Assembly: GCA_963813025.1 (NCBI GenBank)
Contig: CAWEXO010000013.1
Span: 224,001-288,000, forward strand
Reading direction: 5' to 3'
DNA length: 64,000 nucleotides
DNA from: an uncultured Verrucomicrobiae bacterium
Lineage (GTDB): Bacteria > Verrucomicrobiota > Verrucomicrobiia > Chthoniobacterales > JAFAMB01
The notes under the pieces were generated by a model. It searched no databases, was not told the DNA's origin, and was given only the letters and a program-made list of their open reading frames with translations. The position numbers and the translations under genes were made by a program. This document shows, piece after piece, positions 18,231-27,996 of the stretch; positions within the stretch are counted from its first letter, which is position 1, and every line of letters starts with the position of its first letter.

Positions 18231-18809
18231 TTACTCTGAAAGATGAATTGGGCCGACGATGTCCACCAAGCCATAATGCCTGGCTTGCTCGGGCGACATT
18301 ATCCAGTCGCGATCCAGCTCGGGCCGGATCTCGAGTTCCGGTTTGCCCGTATGTTGTGCAAAGAGCCGGGCAACCCGATCTTTTGTCCGGCGAATCCGAG
18401 CCAGTAGGCGCTCAGGGTCGCCAGTTTCAACCCGATCCGGCGGCTGATAAATACTGATGGCCGAGTTCGGCGCGGCGTGTCTCTGCCCCTTTGTGCCCGC
18501 TGCGAGAATAAGCGAGCCGATGCCTCGCGAACTCCCTATGCAGACTGTACTGATCGGAGAGCGGACCGTTTCCATGGTGTCATAGATCGCCAGAGCGTCG
18601 GAAGTCACACCACCCGGCGTATTGATGTACAAAGTGACGCCCGCCCCGGGATCTTGGCGGGCGAGGTGCAGCAATTGGGCGACGATTCGTCCCGCGCACT
18701 CCCCCGTGATTTCACCCGCCAGAAAAACGACCCGCCTTTCCCGCAAAAGGATGTCCGCCGGTCTCTGTTCCGCGTCTCCCGATTCGTCTTGGCCGGATGC
18801 TTTTTGCAT
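18231..18809 (-). CDS. ClpP-family protein lacking catalytic Ser and His (ClpR-like)
   Basis: LLRERRVVFL-GEI, LYINTPGG, AIYDTM, LAAG-KG-R, DRD-MS-A-YGLVD. Confidence 0.85.
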   Translation of the reverse strand: MQKASGQDESGDAEQRPADILLRERRVVFLAGEITGECAGRIVAQLLHLARQDPGAGVTLYINTPGGVTSDALAIYDTMETVRSPISTVCIGSSRGIGSLILAAGTKGQRHAAPNSAISIYQPPDRVETGDPERLLARIRRTKDRVARLFAQHTGKPELEIRPELDRDWIMSPEQARHYGLVDIVGPIHLSE

Positions 18810-19098
18810 CGTTTGAAAAGGCTGAACCGCTAACCTACTGCGGCTGCGGAACGTGGCAACCAAACGAGTTTGATGGCTGATCCCGAAGCTCCGAGGTCGA
18901 CTGATTTATCAGAACTCGATTCCAAGGTAGGCCATCCGGCGGCAGACCTTCTCGGTTTGTTGATCGGCATCGCCATTGCCTGCCTGGCCGTTAATACCGT
19001 CGGTTTGGACATCTATTTCTGCTATCTTCTGAGTTTCTGGCAAGCCCTCTGCACTTCGGCCAATTGCGGTTGGCCAGATTCGATGCGATAGCGTCCGA

Positions 19099-19452
19099 AT
19101 GAATGGAGCAGTGATCCTCCAGTCTCTCGCTTTCATCCAGTTCAATGCCTGGAAGATCGTGGGATTAACTGGAAGCTTGATTTTCGGGATTCGGTTTGTC
19201 CTTCAGTGGATCGCTTCCGAGCGCGCTCGACGTCAGATTATCCCGATCGGGTTTTGGGAATGCAGCCTGCTAGGTACGTTACTAAGCCTCAGCTATTTCG
19301 TATTTTATCGCCACGACTCGGTTGGGATCCTCTTGACCTGTTTGCCAGCGCCGATCTATGCGCGCAATTTATATATGAAATGGCGGGAGATTCTGCATCC
19401 GCCGACAGCCGACGATCGGCCGAAGCCTGCGGAAATGCCTGCGGATTCATGA
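19099..19452 (+). CDS. Lipid-A-disaccharide synthase N-terminal (LAB_N) domain membrane protein
   Basis: G-G-F-RF-LQWIASE, P-FW-S-G, Y-RNL. Confidence 0.8.
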   Translation: MNGAVILQSLAFIQFNAWKIVGLTGSLIFGIRFVLQWIASERARRQIIPIGFWECSLLGTLLSLSYFVFYRHDSVGILLTCLPAPIYARNLYMKWREILHPPTADDRPKPAEMPADS

Positions 19453-20603
19453 ACTACTTCGATAACAACGCAACAACACCGATCTCTCCAGAAGTCCTGG
19501 ACGGGATGTTACCCTACCTCACGGAGCACTTCGGGAACCCGTCGAGTGCTTACTCGTTTGGCAGGAAGGTGGCCAAGGCGGTGGAACATGCGCGGGAACA
19601 GGTGTCTGAATTGCTTGGATGCGAGCCGTCCGAGATTATCTTCACCAGCTGCGGCACGGAGTCCGACAATACCGCGATTCAATCCGCTCTGCTGCTCGAT
19701 CGTGATCGCCGCCACCTGGTCACGTCCAAGGTCGAGCACAGCGCGATCGTCAAACAGGCGGAAGCCCTATCCCGTCGCGGGTATGAGGTGACTTGGCTGC
19801 CAGTTGATTCGAGCGGCTTGATCAATCTGTCCGAACTGGAGCGCGCGATTCGGCCTGATACTGCCATCGTTTCCTTGATGTGGGCTAACAACGAAACGGG
19901 AGTCCTTTTTCCCATCGAGGCCGTGGCCGAGATCTGCCGGTCTAAAGGCACTCTTTTTCACACCGACGCGGTACAGGCGATTGGGAAGGTGCCGGTCGAC
20001 TTGAGCAGGCTGGCGGTCCAGTTCCTCTCAGTATCGGGCCATAAACTGCACGCCCCGAAAGGTGTGGGCGCGCTCTATGTCAGCCGACACACGCGTTTCA
20101 ATCCTTATCTGATCGGCGGTGGACAGGAAAATAAGCGGCGAGGGGGCACAGAAAACACCGCCTCGATCGTTGCTTTCGGAATCGCGGCAAAGATCGCCGC
20201 GGAGCACCTCGAAGCCGAGAACACGACGGTTCGCCGGCTCCGCGATAGATTTGAAGGCGAGTTGTTAGAGCGCGTGCCCGGGATCCACGTGAACGGCCAC
20301 CTGGAACAGCGCCTGCCTAATACGAGCAATCTGGCTATCGATGGCGTTGACTCAGAAGCGATGCTGCTCCTTTTGGACCAAAAAGGGATTTGCTGTTCTG
20401 CTGGATCGGCCTGCACGGCAGGCTCACTGGAACCTTCTCATGTATTGCGCGCCATGGGATTTTCCAACGAACGGGCTCGCGGCAGTTTACGTTTTTCGTT
20501 CAGTTACCTGAATACCGATGCTGAGATCGATCGCGCGCTGGCGATTATTCCTGGCGTGATCGAGAAGGTCAGGTCACTGAACCGGGGAGTGCTCGCAGCT
20601 TAG
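19449..20603 (+). CDS. nifS: Cysteine desulfurase (NifS/IscS group I)
   Basis: YFDNNATT, FTSCGTESDN, ANNETG, HTDAVQ, SGHKLHAPKG, SAGSAC. Confidence 0.88.
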   Translation: MNYFDNNATTPISPEVLDGMLPYLTEHFGNPSSAYSFGRKVAKAVEHAREQVSELLGCEPSEIIFTSCGTESDNTAIQSALLLDRDRRHLVTSKVEHSAIVKQAEALSRRGYEVTWLPVDSSGLINLSELERAIRPDTAIVSLMWANNETGVLFPIEAVAEICRSKGTLFHTDAVQAIGKVPVDLSRLAVQFLSVSGHKLHAPKGVGALYVSRHTRFNPYLIGGGQENKRRGGTENTASIVAFGIAAKIAAEHLEAENTTVRRLRDRFEGELLERVPGIHVNGHLEQRLPNTSNLAIDGVDSEAMLLLLDQKGICCSAGSACTAGSLEPSHVLRAMGFSNERARGSLRFSFSYLNTDAEIDRALAIIPGVIEKVRSLNRGVLAA

Positions 20604-20636
20604 GTTAGACGACCACGTCGTGCGGTGAGTGTCCGG

Positions 20637-20693
20637 CGTGTCCTGGAGTGCGTGCGACTTGTCGCCGCTTTGAGAGCGTGCGGAGCGCGGCTT
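20637..20693. repeat. REPIN-like inverted repeat, left arm
   Basis: ggagtgcgtgcgacttgtcgccgcttt...gcggagcgcgg is the inverted complement of 22215-22262. Confidence 0.8.
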
Positions 20694-20762
20694 AGTTCGA
20701 CTGAGAATGGCATCGCGAAGTGAACCTCCCCCGAATTGGCGGACACGGGAACTCAAAGTAAA

Positions 20763-21095
20763 ATGAACGAGACCGTGAAGAAGAGTAAAATGGTCCGTCG
20801 ATACGGGGAAGAATTCAAACGCCAAGCGGTGGAACTGATCATCCACAGCGGCAAAACACAGCGGCAAGTGGCCCGGGAGCTGGACGTCAGCGCGTACAGT
20901 TTAAACCTCTGGAAAAAGGCGTATCTGGGCCAGCAAGTGCCCGCCGAGATCAACGGGGAGATGAAAAGTCCTGAAGAAATGGCGGAGCTGATTCGGCAGC
21001 AGCACAAAGAGATTGAGTATCTCAAACGCCAACGGGAAATCTTAAAAAAAGCGATGAGCATCCTGGGGGAAGAACCGAATCCCGGTATGCGATGA
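20763..21095 (+). CDS. IS3 transposase OrfA (HTH)
   Basis: RRYGEEFKRQAVEL...VARELDV...QREILKKA; A7G slippery site at about 21044-21051 with an open -1 frame into OrfB. Confidence 0.9.
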   Translation: MNETVKKSKMVRRYGEEFKRQAVELIIHSGKTQRQVARELDVSAYSLNLWKKAYLGQQVPAEINGEMKSPEEMAELIRQQHKEIEYLKRQREILKKAMSILGEEPNPGMR

Positions 21096-22087
21096 TTGAA
21101 GGGCTCTCGGTTCAGTATGGCGTCAAGGAAAGTTGCGCCGCTCTTGGGGTATCGCGCAGCGGGTATTACCAGTGGAAAAAAGGGGAAGTCACCCAGCGCG
21201 CCCGAGCAGAAGCTCAATTGCTCAGCGAGATTCAGGAAATCTTCGCGCAAAATGAGCAACGTTACGGCAGTCCACGAGTCACCTTGGCTTTGCGCGCTGC
21301 CGGCCGGCGAGTGGGGAAGAATCGGGTCGCTCGGCTCATGCGGGAGCAGAAGCTGATGGCTCGGAAAAAACGTGCTTTTCGTCCCCGGACAACCGTGGCT
21401 GGCCAAGAGGCCGAACCCAATCGGATTGCGGAGCTTGTCTCCGAGGGGCCAGATCAGATTTGGCTGAGTGATATCACCTATGTCGCGACGGCCGAAGGCT
21501 GGCTTTATCTGGCGATTATTCTGGACCTCTTTAGTCGCCGGGTGGTGGGCTGGAAGCTGGCCGAGAGCCTGGAGGCCAGTCTGGTGGTCAGAGCGCTCCA
21601 CAACGCCCTGGTGCTGCGCCAACCACCACCGGGGCTATATTTTCACACCGATCGGGGCTGTCAGTATACCAGCCAAGCAGTGCGCAAACCGCTGGAGGCC
21701 ATCCAAGCCTGCCAGAGCATGAGTGGCGCCGGCAATTGCTATGACAACGCCAAGATGGAAGCCTTTTTCAGTACGTTAAAAACCGAATGTTTTCCGGTGA
21801 CCAACTGCTTCGCTTCCAAGGCTCAAGCCCGGAGTACCATCTTCGAATACATCGAGGTCTACTACAACAACAAACGTTTCCACAGCGCGTTAGGATATCA
21901 AACGCCCCGCCAATACGAAGCGGCTTACCAACAGAAACAGAGAACAACTTTTTCGAAGGAAAAAGTGATGGCTACCCCTTCCGCAGAAGGTGAAACGAAG
22001 GGCAAACGAGCAAACGGAATAAATGGCAGGGGCCCGCGCGAAAGCGCGGGAAGGCTGCCGTTTATGCCGGATTGCGACCTTGCCTGA
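21092..22087 (+). CDS. IS3 transposase OrfB (DDE integrase core)
   Basis: YGSPRV, W-SDITY, DLFSRRVVGW, HTDRGCQY, CYDNA-MEAFF-TLK-E, YN-R-HSALGY-TP. Confidence 0.93.
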   Translation: MIEGLSVQYGVKESCAALGVSRSGYYQWKKGEVTQRARAEAQLLSEIQEIFAQNEQRYGSPRVTLALRAAGRRVGKNRVARLMREQKLMARKKRAFRPRTTVAGQEAEPNRIAELVSEGPDQIWLSDITYVATAEGWLYLAIILDLFSRRVVGWKLAESLEASLVVRALHNALVLRQPPPGLYFHTDRGCQYTSQAVRKPLEAIQACQSMSGAGNCYDNAKMEAFFSTLKTECFPVTNCFASKAQARSTIFEYIEVYYNNKRFHSALGYQTPRQYEAAYQQKQRTTFSKEKVMATPSAEGETKGKRANGINGRGPRESAGRLPFMPDCDLA

Positions 22088-22212
22088 AGTGCAGCCTTCT
22101 GCCTTGCAACCCACGAGAAACTAAGCTAACCAACCGATCATATTTCGAGTCCGTTTTTTCGGGGCAAGTACAAAGTGCGGGGGTTCCCTGGTGAAAGCCA
22201 CTCGTGTTTGAC

Positions 22213-22268
22213 AGCCCGCGCTCCGCGCGAAGCAAAAGCGGCGACAGGTCGCACGCACTCCAAAACGC
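22213..22268. repeat. REPIN-like inverted repeat, right arm
   Basis: ccgcgctccgc...aaagcggcgacaggtcgcacgcactcc. Confidence 0.8.
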
Positions 22269-22321
22269 CTCTGCCCCGCCTCGGCTTCTTAATCCTAGCT
22301 CCTGGATTCTAGCTCCTGCTC

Positions 22322-22828
22322 CTAACGATGCACCGGCTCGGGAGCCGGCCTTCTCGGCGTGGGATCCACCTTTCCGACCGGCTGATCGCCGTCGTCCTCA
22401 TCCCGCTGATGCGGGTCGCAGAACAGGTCGAACGCGATAAACAACGCTTTCGAGTGACGAGCAAACCACAGATTAAAGAACGGGATCGGCAGGATGGTAA
22501 AAATCAGGGTTTCCCAGATTGGTAGTTGAACCCAGAAATCGAGAATCAGGTAGATGACCAAGCCAATGATTGAGGCGATACCGTAGTTGATGGCAAAGAT
22601 CGACAGGAGAAAGTAGCCGGGTTCGCGATCAAACGGGTACCCGCAGAGCGGGCACCCGTCTAAAGGCATAAACCAGTCCCGCACGCTTCTGACTTGCTGC
22701 CACGAGACAAAAAGCGAGTAACGTCCGCAGGTCGGACATTTCAGACGCAAAGCGTTCCCGAGCATCCAGAACAATCGCCTCCAGGAGTACTCGGGAGGCG
22801 GCTCGTTTTCTTCAACCGATGAGCCCAT
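22322..22828 (-). CDS. DUF983-like membrane protein
   Basis: CPTCG...CPLCG, REPGYF, two TM helices. Confidence 0.75.
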   Translation of the reverse strand: MGSSVEENEPPPEYSWRRLFWMLGNALRLKCPTCGRYSLFVSWQQVRSVRDWFMPLDGCPLCGYPFDREPGYFLLSIFAINYGIASIIGLVIYLILDFWVQLPIWETLIFTILPIPFFNLWFARHSKALFIAFDLFCDPHQRDEDDGDQPVGKVDPTPRRPAPEPVHR

Positions 22829-22873
22829 GGTTCAAGCGTACGGCGTAGACACAGGACTTCAAGAGGTCGAGCT

Positions 22874-23779
22874 TCATACTCCGACGAAATTCCCTGCGTT
22901 CAGGACCCGTTCGCCGTTCCAGCGGTAAGCGGCCAGTTTGCCGCCGCGCCCCACCCTGTAATCGAGACAGGCCACGTTTGGTGCGAGCGGCGAGAAAAGC
23001 TCATCGGGCGCCTGCCAGTAATGACCGCAAAAAACCGGCGGACCAGTCGGAGGATACCCGGGGATAGGTGCAAGAAGACTCAGACGCATATCGATTGGGG
23101 CGCTCGATTCCGGAAAAGCTGCCTGCCTGTAGGACAATTGATCGCTCAATTCGAGCCACCATTTGGTCCGGATCTCGTGGCGTTCAAAACCGTCCTTATC
23201 GATATAGGAGAAACCTTTTGGCAACGCGAGTTCGCGCCCTTTCAGCAGGACGGAGATGGCGCTGCCGATCGGGTGCTCTTTCGTGAACGCTTCGGCCAAG
23301 AGCGCCTCACTGAGATAACGAGTGCCGCCCAGTGCACGAATCGCGTTGTCGTCCCAGGCGGCATGGACCGCCCGCAATTCGCCAAGATCGACAAAGAGCG
23401 GCAGGGTGCCGAACCAGGCGAGGACCCCTGCTTTCTCCACGGGAAAAAGGTCGAAGTATCCCAGTGTTGCCTGGTGCTGGATCAGGTGGCGCTTGGAATG
23501 GCTCCGCAATGGTTTGCCATTGGATCCTTCTCGATGAAACCCGATCGCGTTGAATTCATGATTGCCCATCAGCGCGATCGCTGTTTGCGCCTCTACCATC
23601 GCTCGGACGATCTGCAACGCCTCGCGGATATGCGGCCCGCGATCGATATAGTCGCCCAGAAAAATGGCGCTTCGTTCCGGATGCCGGTAGGCGCCTTGTT
23701 CCAGCCGGTAGCCGAGGCGTGCCAGTAAAGCGCGCAGCTTGTCCGCGTGACCGTGAATATCGCCGATCAGATCGAACAT
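22874..23779 (-). CDS. Metallophosphoesterase (PrpE/ApaH-like)
   Basis: GDIHG, GDYIDRG, GNHE, GHYW. Confidence 0.88.
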   Translation of the reverse strand: MFDLIGDIHGHADKLRALLARLGYRLEQGAYRHPERSAIFLGDYIDRGPHIREALQIVRAMVEAQTAIALMGNHEFNAIGFHREGSNGKPLRSHSKRHLIQHQATLGYFDLFPVEKAGVLAWFGTLPLFVDLGELRAVHAAWDDNAIRALGGTRYLSEALLAEAFTKEHPIGSAISVLLKGRELALPKGFSYIDKDGFERHEIRTKWWLELSDQLSYRQAAFPESSAPIDMRLSLLAPIPGYPPTGPPVFCGHYWQAPDELFSPLAPNVACLDYRVGRGGKLAAYRWNGERVLNAGNFVGV

Positions 23780-23800
23780 AATCAGAGCCGAACTGGTGTT

Positions 23801-24838
23801 TCAGAATTGCGCGAAAATCGACTCAGCATAGCCAAACTGGTCTCCCAAGACCAGGCAATCTGCCAAGCTGGCGACCGCGTCAGTGCAACTGGGATGCCTC
23901 AGCGAAGCGGCAGCCGCACAGACGCCGAAGATCAGGCAGCGTTCCATGGGCAGCCCGTCGTGCATGCCGAGGAGCACACCGGCCGCTAACGCGTCCCCGG
24001 CACCGGCCGCGCCGGCGATCCGGTCCCGATCCAGCTGGACACTTGGCTGGTAGATCTGCCGGCCGTCCGCAGCCTCAGCATAGACGCCTTCGGGAAAATG
24101 AATAATCACCCATTGCCGGACCCCGGCTTTCAGTAAACGCCCGGCGGCACTGGCCAGGTGACGCGGCTCTATTCGGTCATTCACCCGAATCTTCATCGAA
24201 CAGGCTCGTCCAGCCTCAAACTCATTGAGAAAGAGCAGGTCAACATTGGACAGGATAGGCAAAACCACTCGGGAAAAGCGGTCGCTTTCCTCGCTCACCA
24301 AATCGACCGAGGTGGTAAATCCCAGCGCGGAAGCTTGGGCGAGCAATCGCCCTGCCTGCGTTCCGAACTCCGGGCAGGGTTCGTCAAGCCGGTCGAGCAG
24401 AAGCAGGTAACCGAGATGGAACATTTTCGCCTCAACTGATTGCAGATCAATCATGCCGGAGTCCAGTAAGGCGTTAGCGCCCCGCTGATGGAAGAAAGTC
24501 CGGCGACCGGTTTCCGCGACAGTCATAACATCCGTATACGACGTTACGGCACCGGCCAATTCAGCTAATTGGCTCGTATCCACCCCCTGTTGCTCGCACA
24601 CCCCCCGGATCCATTGGCCGCCCTCATCTGGGCCGGTCACCCCGGCTCCGTAGAGCGGAAACCTGGTTCCCAATCTGGCAAGGTCGATCAGAACATTGAA
24701 TGGCGCACCGCCGGTCCCGCGGTATTCTCCGAGGATGTTGGCCAGAGCATCCTGGCTTGGCCAAATGTTGATGCGCTTTACGTGATCGACAATCCAGTTG
24801 CCGGCGGCGAGGACTCCCGAACGCTTGCTCACCGGCAA
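23801..24838 (-). CDS. PfkB-family carbohydrate kinase
   Basis: GGAPFNV, NEFEA, GAGDA-AG. Confidence 0.88.
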   Translation of the reverse strand: MPVSKRSGVLAAGNWIVDHVKRINIWPSQDALANILGEYRGTGGAPFNVLIDLARLGTRFPLYGAGVTGPDEGGQWIRGVCEQQGVDTSQLAELAGAVTSYTDVMTVAETGRRTFFHQRGANALLDSGMIDLQSVEAKMFHLGYLLLLDRLDEPCPEFGTQAGRLLAQASALGFTTSVDLVSEESDRFSRVVLPILSNVDLLFLNEFEAGRACSMKIRVNDRIEPRHLASAAGRLLKAGVRQWVIIHFPEGVYAEAADGRQIYQPSVQLDRDRIAGAAGAGDALAAGVLLGMHDGLPMERCLIFGVCAAAASLRHPSCTDAVASLADCLVLGDQFGYAESIFAQF

Positions 24839-24886
24839 AGATTAGCATTAAACTCTGAAGCCTGGAATGACGAAGCTCAGGCGCAG

Positions 24887-25396
24887 ATGCGATGGCGTTG
24901 GTTTTTCATCTGTCAGTTGGCTGGATCTTTCCTCTGGCTGACTGGTTGTGCGCCGACGGTTTCCGAATCGGTAAGTCGATCCCCACTCCTGGATACACCC
25001 GAGCTGCGACAGCGGGCGGCAGCTGAGCTGCCCGGGAATGACTTCATTGGGCGCCGCACGTACGTAAACGGGTTTAGCTTCTGGGGTTACATCAAGCGGC
25101 CAGGTGAATCCTGGAAGAGCGCCAAGCTCGTCATGCTCAACGAGCAAAAGCGCCATGCTCCGGATCGGGAAGCCCGTACTCTCGGATCAGACAACGGCGC
25201 GGAATATCGGCTCGCCGGTTACTTCAGCGGCGACTGGGTTTACGAGGCGGCGAGCGGCCGTTTCCTTCCGGAATTCGTGTTGACCGGTTACGAGCTGCTT
25301 GATCGCCAGCCGCCGCCAATTTTCCCACCTGGATTCGTTCAACGCCGTGCCATGTTTACCGATTGGCCGCAGGGGACGAAAGAGCCAGGGATATAG
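24887..25396 (+). CDS. Hypothetical lipoprotein
   Basis: Lipobox LTGC after a hydrophobic signal; globular C-terminus. Confidence 0.65.
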   Translation: MRWRWFFICQLAGSFLWLTGCAPTVSESVSRSPLLDTPELRQRAAAELPGNDFIGRRTYVNGFSFWGYIKRPGESWKSAKLVMLNEQKRHAPDREARTLGSDNGAEYRLAGYFSGDWVYEAASGRFLPEFVLTGYELLDRQPPPIFPPGFVQRRAMFTDWPQGTKEPGI

Positions 25397-25435
25397 CCAG
25401 GAGGCGTACGGTACAAATTCACCCATGGAGATCAG

Positions 25436-25891
25436 TTATCCTGACGGAGGCGCGCCATCGAAGTATTCGAGTAAATCGCGTGGCTCAGTCTTTACGAGGT
25501 TCCTTTTCAAATTGTGCGTGAGCTTGTGGAGGACGCCTTCCGAGACCTGGCCAAGAATCGCGCCGTTAATCTCCGCCGGCGCGGCGAATGACCACCGGGG
25601 CGGCTGATGTTCTTCCATGAGTTTGGTAATTCTCTGGCCAACCTGTCGCACTAGGCGGGCATTCAGCTCCGCCTCGACACCTTCGCGAACACTGCCCGAG
25701 ATGAAGTGCTTACCCTGCGCCGGGAAAGCGCCTGCTTTGTCCGTAACGAGATCCTGGATGCGCTCATGCGCTTCCGGGTAGAATTGTTGATCGACCAGCC
25801 GGGGCATTCGCCCGCGGTTGGCTGTCTCTTCGATGCGATAGGCTTTCAGGCTTCCGCGATCGGCGACGATGATAAACTTGGGTTTTATCAT
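25436..25891 (-). CDS. Host attachment protein family (AtsE/baeRF-like)
   Basis: IIVAD, D-AG-F, AAP, NL-K pattern. Confidence 0.7.
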   Translation of the reverse strand: MIKPKFIIVADRGSLKAYRIEETANRGRMPRLVDQQFYPEAHERIQDLVTDKAGAFPAQGKHFISGSVREGVEAELNARLVRQVGQRITKLMEEHQPPRWSFAAPAEINGAILGQVSEGVLHKLTHNLKRNLVKTEPRDLLEYFDGAPPSG

Positions 25892-25950
25892 AGACTACCA
25901 AAAGGGCGATTTGAGGAGAAATCCAGGGCGGAAAAAAGGGCAACCGTTCG

Positions 25951-26430
25951 CTAGATATTCAACCGGTCCGGCGTATTTGGGGCAGGCAATTTCCTGACCC
26001 GCTGATAGACCTTTCCATCGAGGGCCATCTTGTATTCTCCGCCGGCCGGATGCGGCGGAGTGTCGACAGTCCACTGCTTATGAAAGAAAAAAAGGCTGGC
26101 CGCAAGTTTCTTGCCGTCCGCCGATAGGCGGGCACGCGCGCCAGTCAGATCAAACGAATTTCCCGTTCCTTGCGCCTGCCAGTCGAGCCGCCCGTCTGGC
26201 CAGATCCGGATTTCGGAACCTTGACCGTCAACGGAGCGCCATTCGCCGAAATATTCGTTCGGAATTGTCCAGGCCTCGCGTGGAGGAGCAAAAGGCGGAA
26301 GTTGCAGAGCGGCCAGAAGCCACAGAACCACCGTCAAAAGCAACACGGCCCAGAGACCCAAACAGCCAAAAACGCAACCAGGTTTCGATAAAGCTTTCTT
26401 TTTTGGAGAACCCGGTAACGGTGGTGGCAC
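25951..26430 (-). CDS. Hypothetical membrane-anchored protein
   Basis: N-terminal PPPLP plus GC-GC TM helix; Y-GEW beta domain. Confidence 0.6.
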   Translation of the reverse strand: MPPPLPGSPKKKALSKPGCVFGCLGLWAVLLLTVVLWLLAALQLPPFAPPREAWTIPNEYFGEWRSVDGQGSEIRIWPDGRLDWQAQGTGNSFDLTGARARLSADGKKLAASLFFFHKQWTVDTPPHPAGGEYKMALDGKVYQRVRKLPAPNTPDRLNI

Positions 26431-26559
26431 GGCGCAGTTTTTGCCGTTTTGCGAAGGCTAAGTAAAGCGAGGAGTAGCGCTGTGGATCCCTCGCCACCGC
26501 TTCCGTGCCAGAGGAACATATATAAGCAACATAATTGTGTTGTGTTTTATTCAGCCGGC

Positions 26560-27737
26560 AATCGCTGCCGGGTGATCCTATCTGGTGATAGCCGGCAGCA
26601 CCACTCCATTGAGCGGGGCGATGCGCTTCGGATCCTCGAGAAGTCGACCGCCACTGCGAGCGTGGCGCTCACCAAAATTTGTCGCCAGCAGATTCCTGCT
26701 TTGCGGGCAGCGATTGAAGACTTGTCTCAAGGCAAGACCGAGGAGGGCTTCGATAAGCTGGACGAGTTTGGCGTGGTTCGAGAAATCGAAAAGACCGATG
26801 AACGGCTTAGGGCCATCTGCGATCTGCACAGCGGAGCGCTTAAGGAAAAGCAGAGCTCTCTAGTCGTCGCGCCTACGCATGGAGAGGCCAGGCGGATCGC
26901 GGCCGCTGTGCGTCGGGAGCTCCGGACCCAGGGGCTAATCGAAGAGGCCGAGCACATCTTTACGCGCCTCGAGAAACTCAACCTGACAAAAGCGCAGCGC
27001 GAGGATGCCATCAATTATCTGCCCGGCCATGTCGTCGAGTTTCATCGCGGGCAGCCGGCGGATTTAAGAGCGGTGAACAGTGGCAGGTGATCGGAAGCCA
27101 AGGCCGAAAGGAAATTGTGGTTGAGCGCAAAGGGGCGGCGGTTTCTTCCGCTGGCGCATGCCGGGAAATTCCCCCTTTTCCGGGGCGAATCGTTTGCGCT
27201 GTCAGTCGGTGACACGGTCCGAATCACCAAAAACTTCCGGACCGGCGGAACCCGGTTTCGCAATAACGAGCTGCACACGGTGACGGCGATTGAGGCCGGT
27301 AAAGTTACCGTTGACACAGGTGAGCTTGGGACACAGGTGAGCTTGGGAACCGCAGCGCACTGCACCTTGACCAGGGAATCGTTGTCACCAGCCACGCCAG
27401 CCAGGGTAAAACCGTCGCGCAGGTGATTGTGAGCCTACCCGTCGAATCGTTCAGCCAGGCAAACGAGGCGCAGTTTTACGTTTCGATGAGCCGCGCGTGC
27501 AAAGCGATGCATCTTTTCACCGATTCAAAGGTTGCGCTGCGGGAGGCGGTGACACGCAAAAGCGCGAGGCTTCCGCTTTGGGAATTGATCGCGGGCGGCG
27601 AGGGTAATCACACCCAGAAAGAGCTGATTGCAAAGCTGGTACGCGCAGGCAACGACCACAGGAAAATCAACGGTCACATAAAAGGACCAATCGAAAAAGA
27701 GGACTGGGCTAGCGAAATTGCGGAACCGGAAAGGTGA
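26560..27737 (+). pseudogene. Fragment of MobF/TrwC-type relaxase-helicase (C-terminal helicase), several frameshifts
   Basis: VILSGD-RQH-SIERGD, VVAPTH-E, HLDQG-VTSHASQGKTV, QFYVSMSRA spread over different frames; no N-terminal relaxase domain. Confidence 0.8.
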
Positions 27738-27996
27738 GGCCGGGGTGCAAATACCGAACTATAAACGGGACAGATTGTTCGAGTGTCGGTCCACTTGCGA
27801 GCCGAAGCTGGCCCGAAAAACGTGATCGTTCAATGCGCCTACGGCCGAAGGATCATGTCGCCATTCATGCGATTAAGGAAGGTCAGAGGAGGAGAGGAAT
27901 TCAGGAGTAGGCAAACGATTGACAAAGAGACAGAGCAACTCATTAAGCGCATCGAGCGCGCGGCCAGGACCGCCAAGCTCCAACGCTTGAGCCAGG

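Larger units (their letters stand above)
20721..22172 (+). mobile_element. IS3-family insertion sequence, complete, 3-bp target duplication AAG
   Basis: TG...CA ends; IRL tgaacctcccccgaattggcggacac vs IRR reverse complement tgtacttgccccgaaaaaacggactc; AAG at 20718-20 and 22173-75. Confidence 0.92.

Noticed and set aside
18870..19145. Small ORFs between the ClpP-like gene and the LAB_N gene
   Set aside because: Overlapping short frames with no recognisable family; cannot choose a real one
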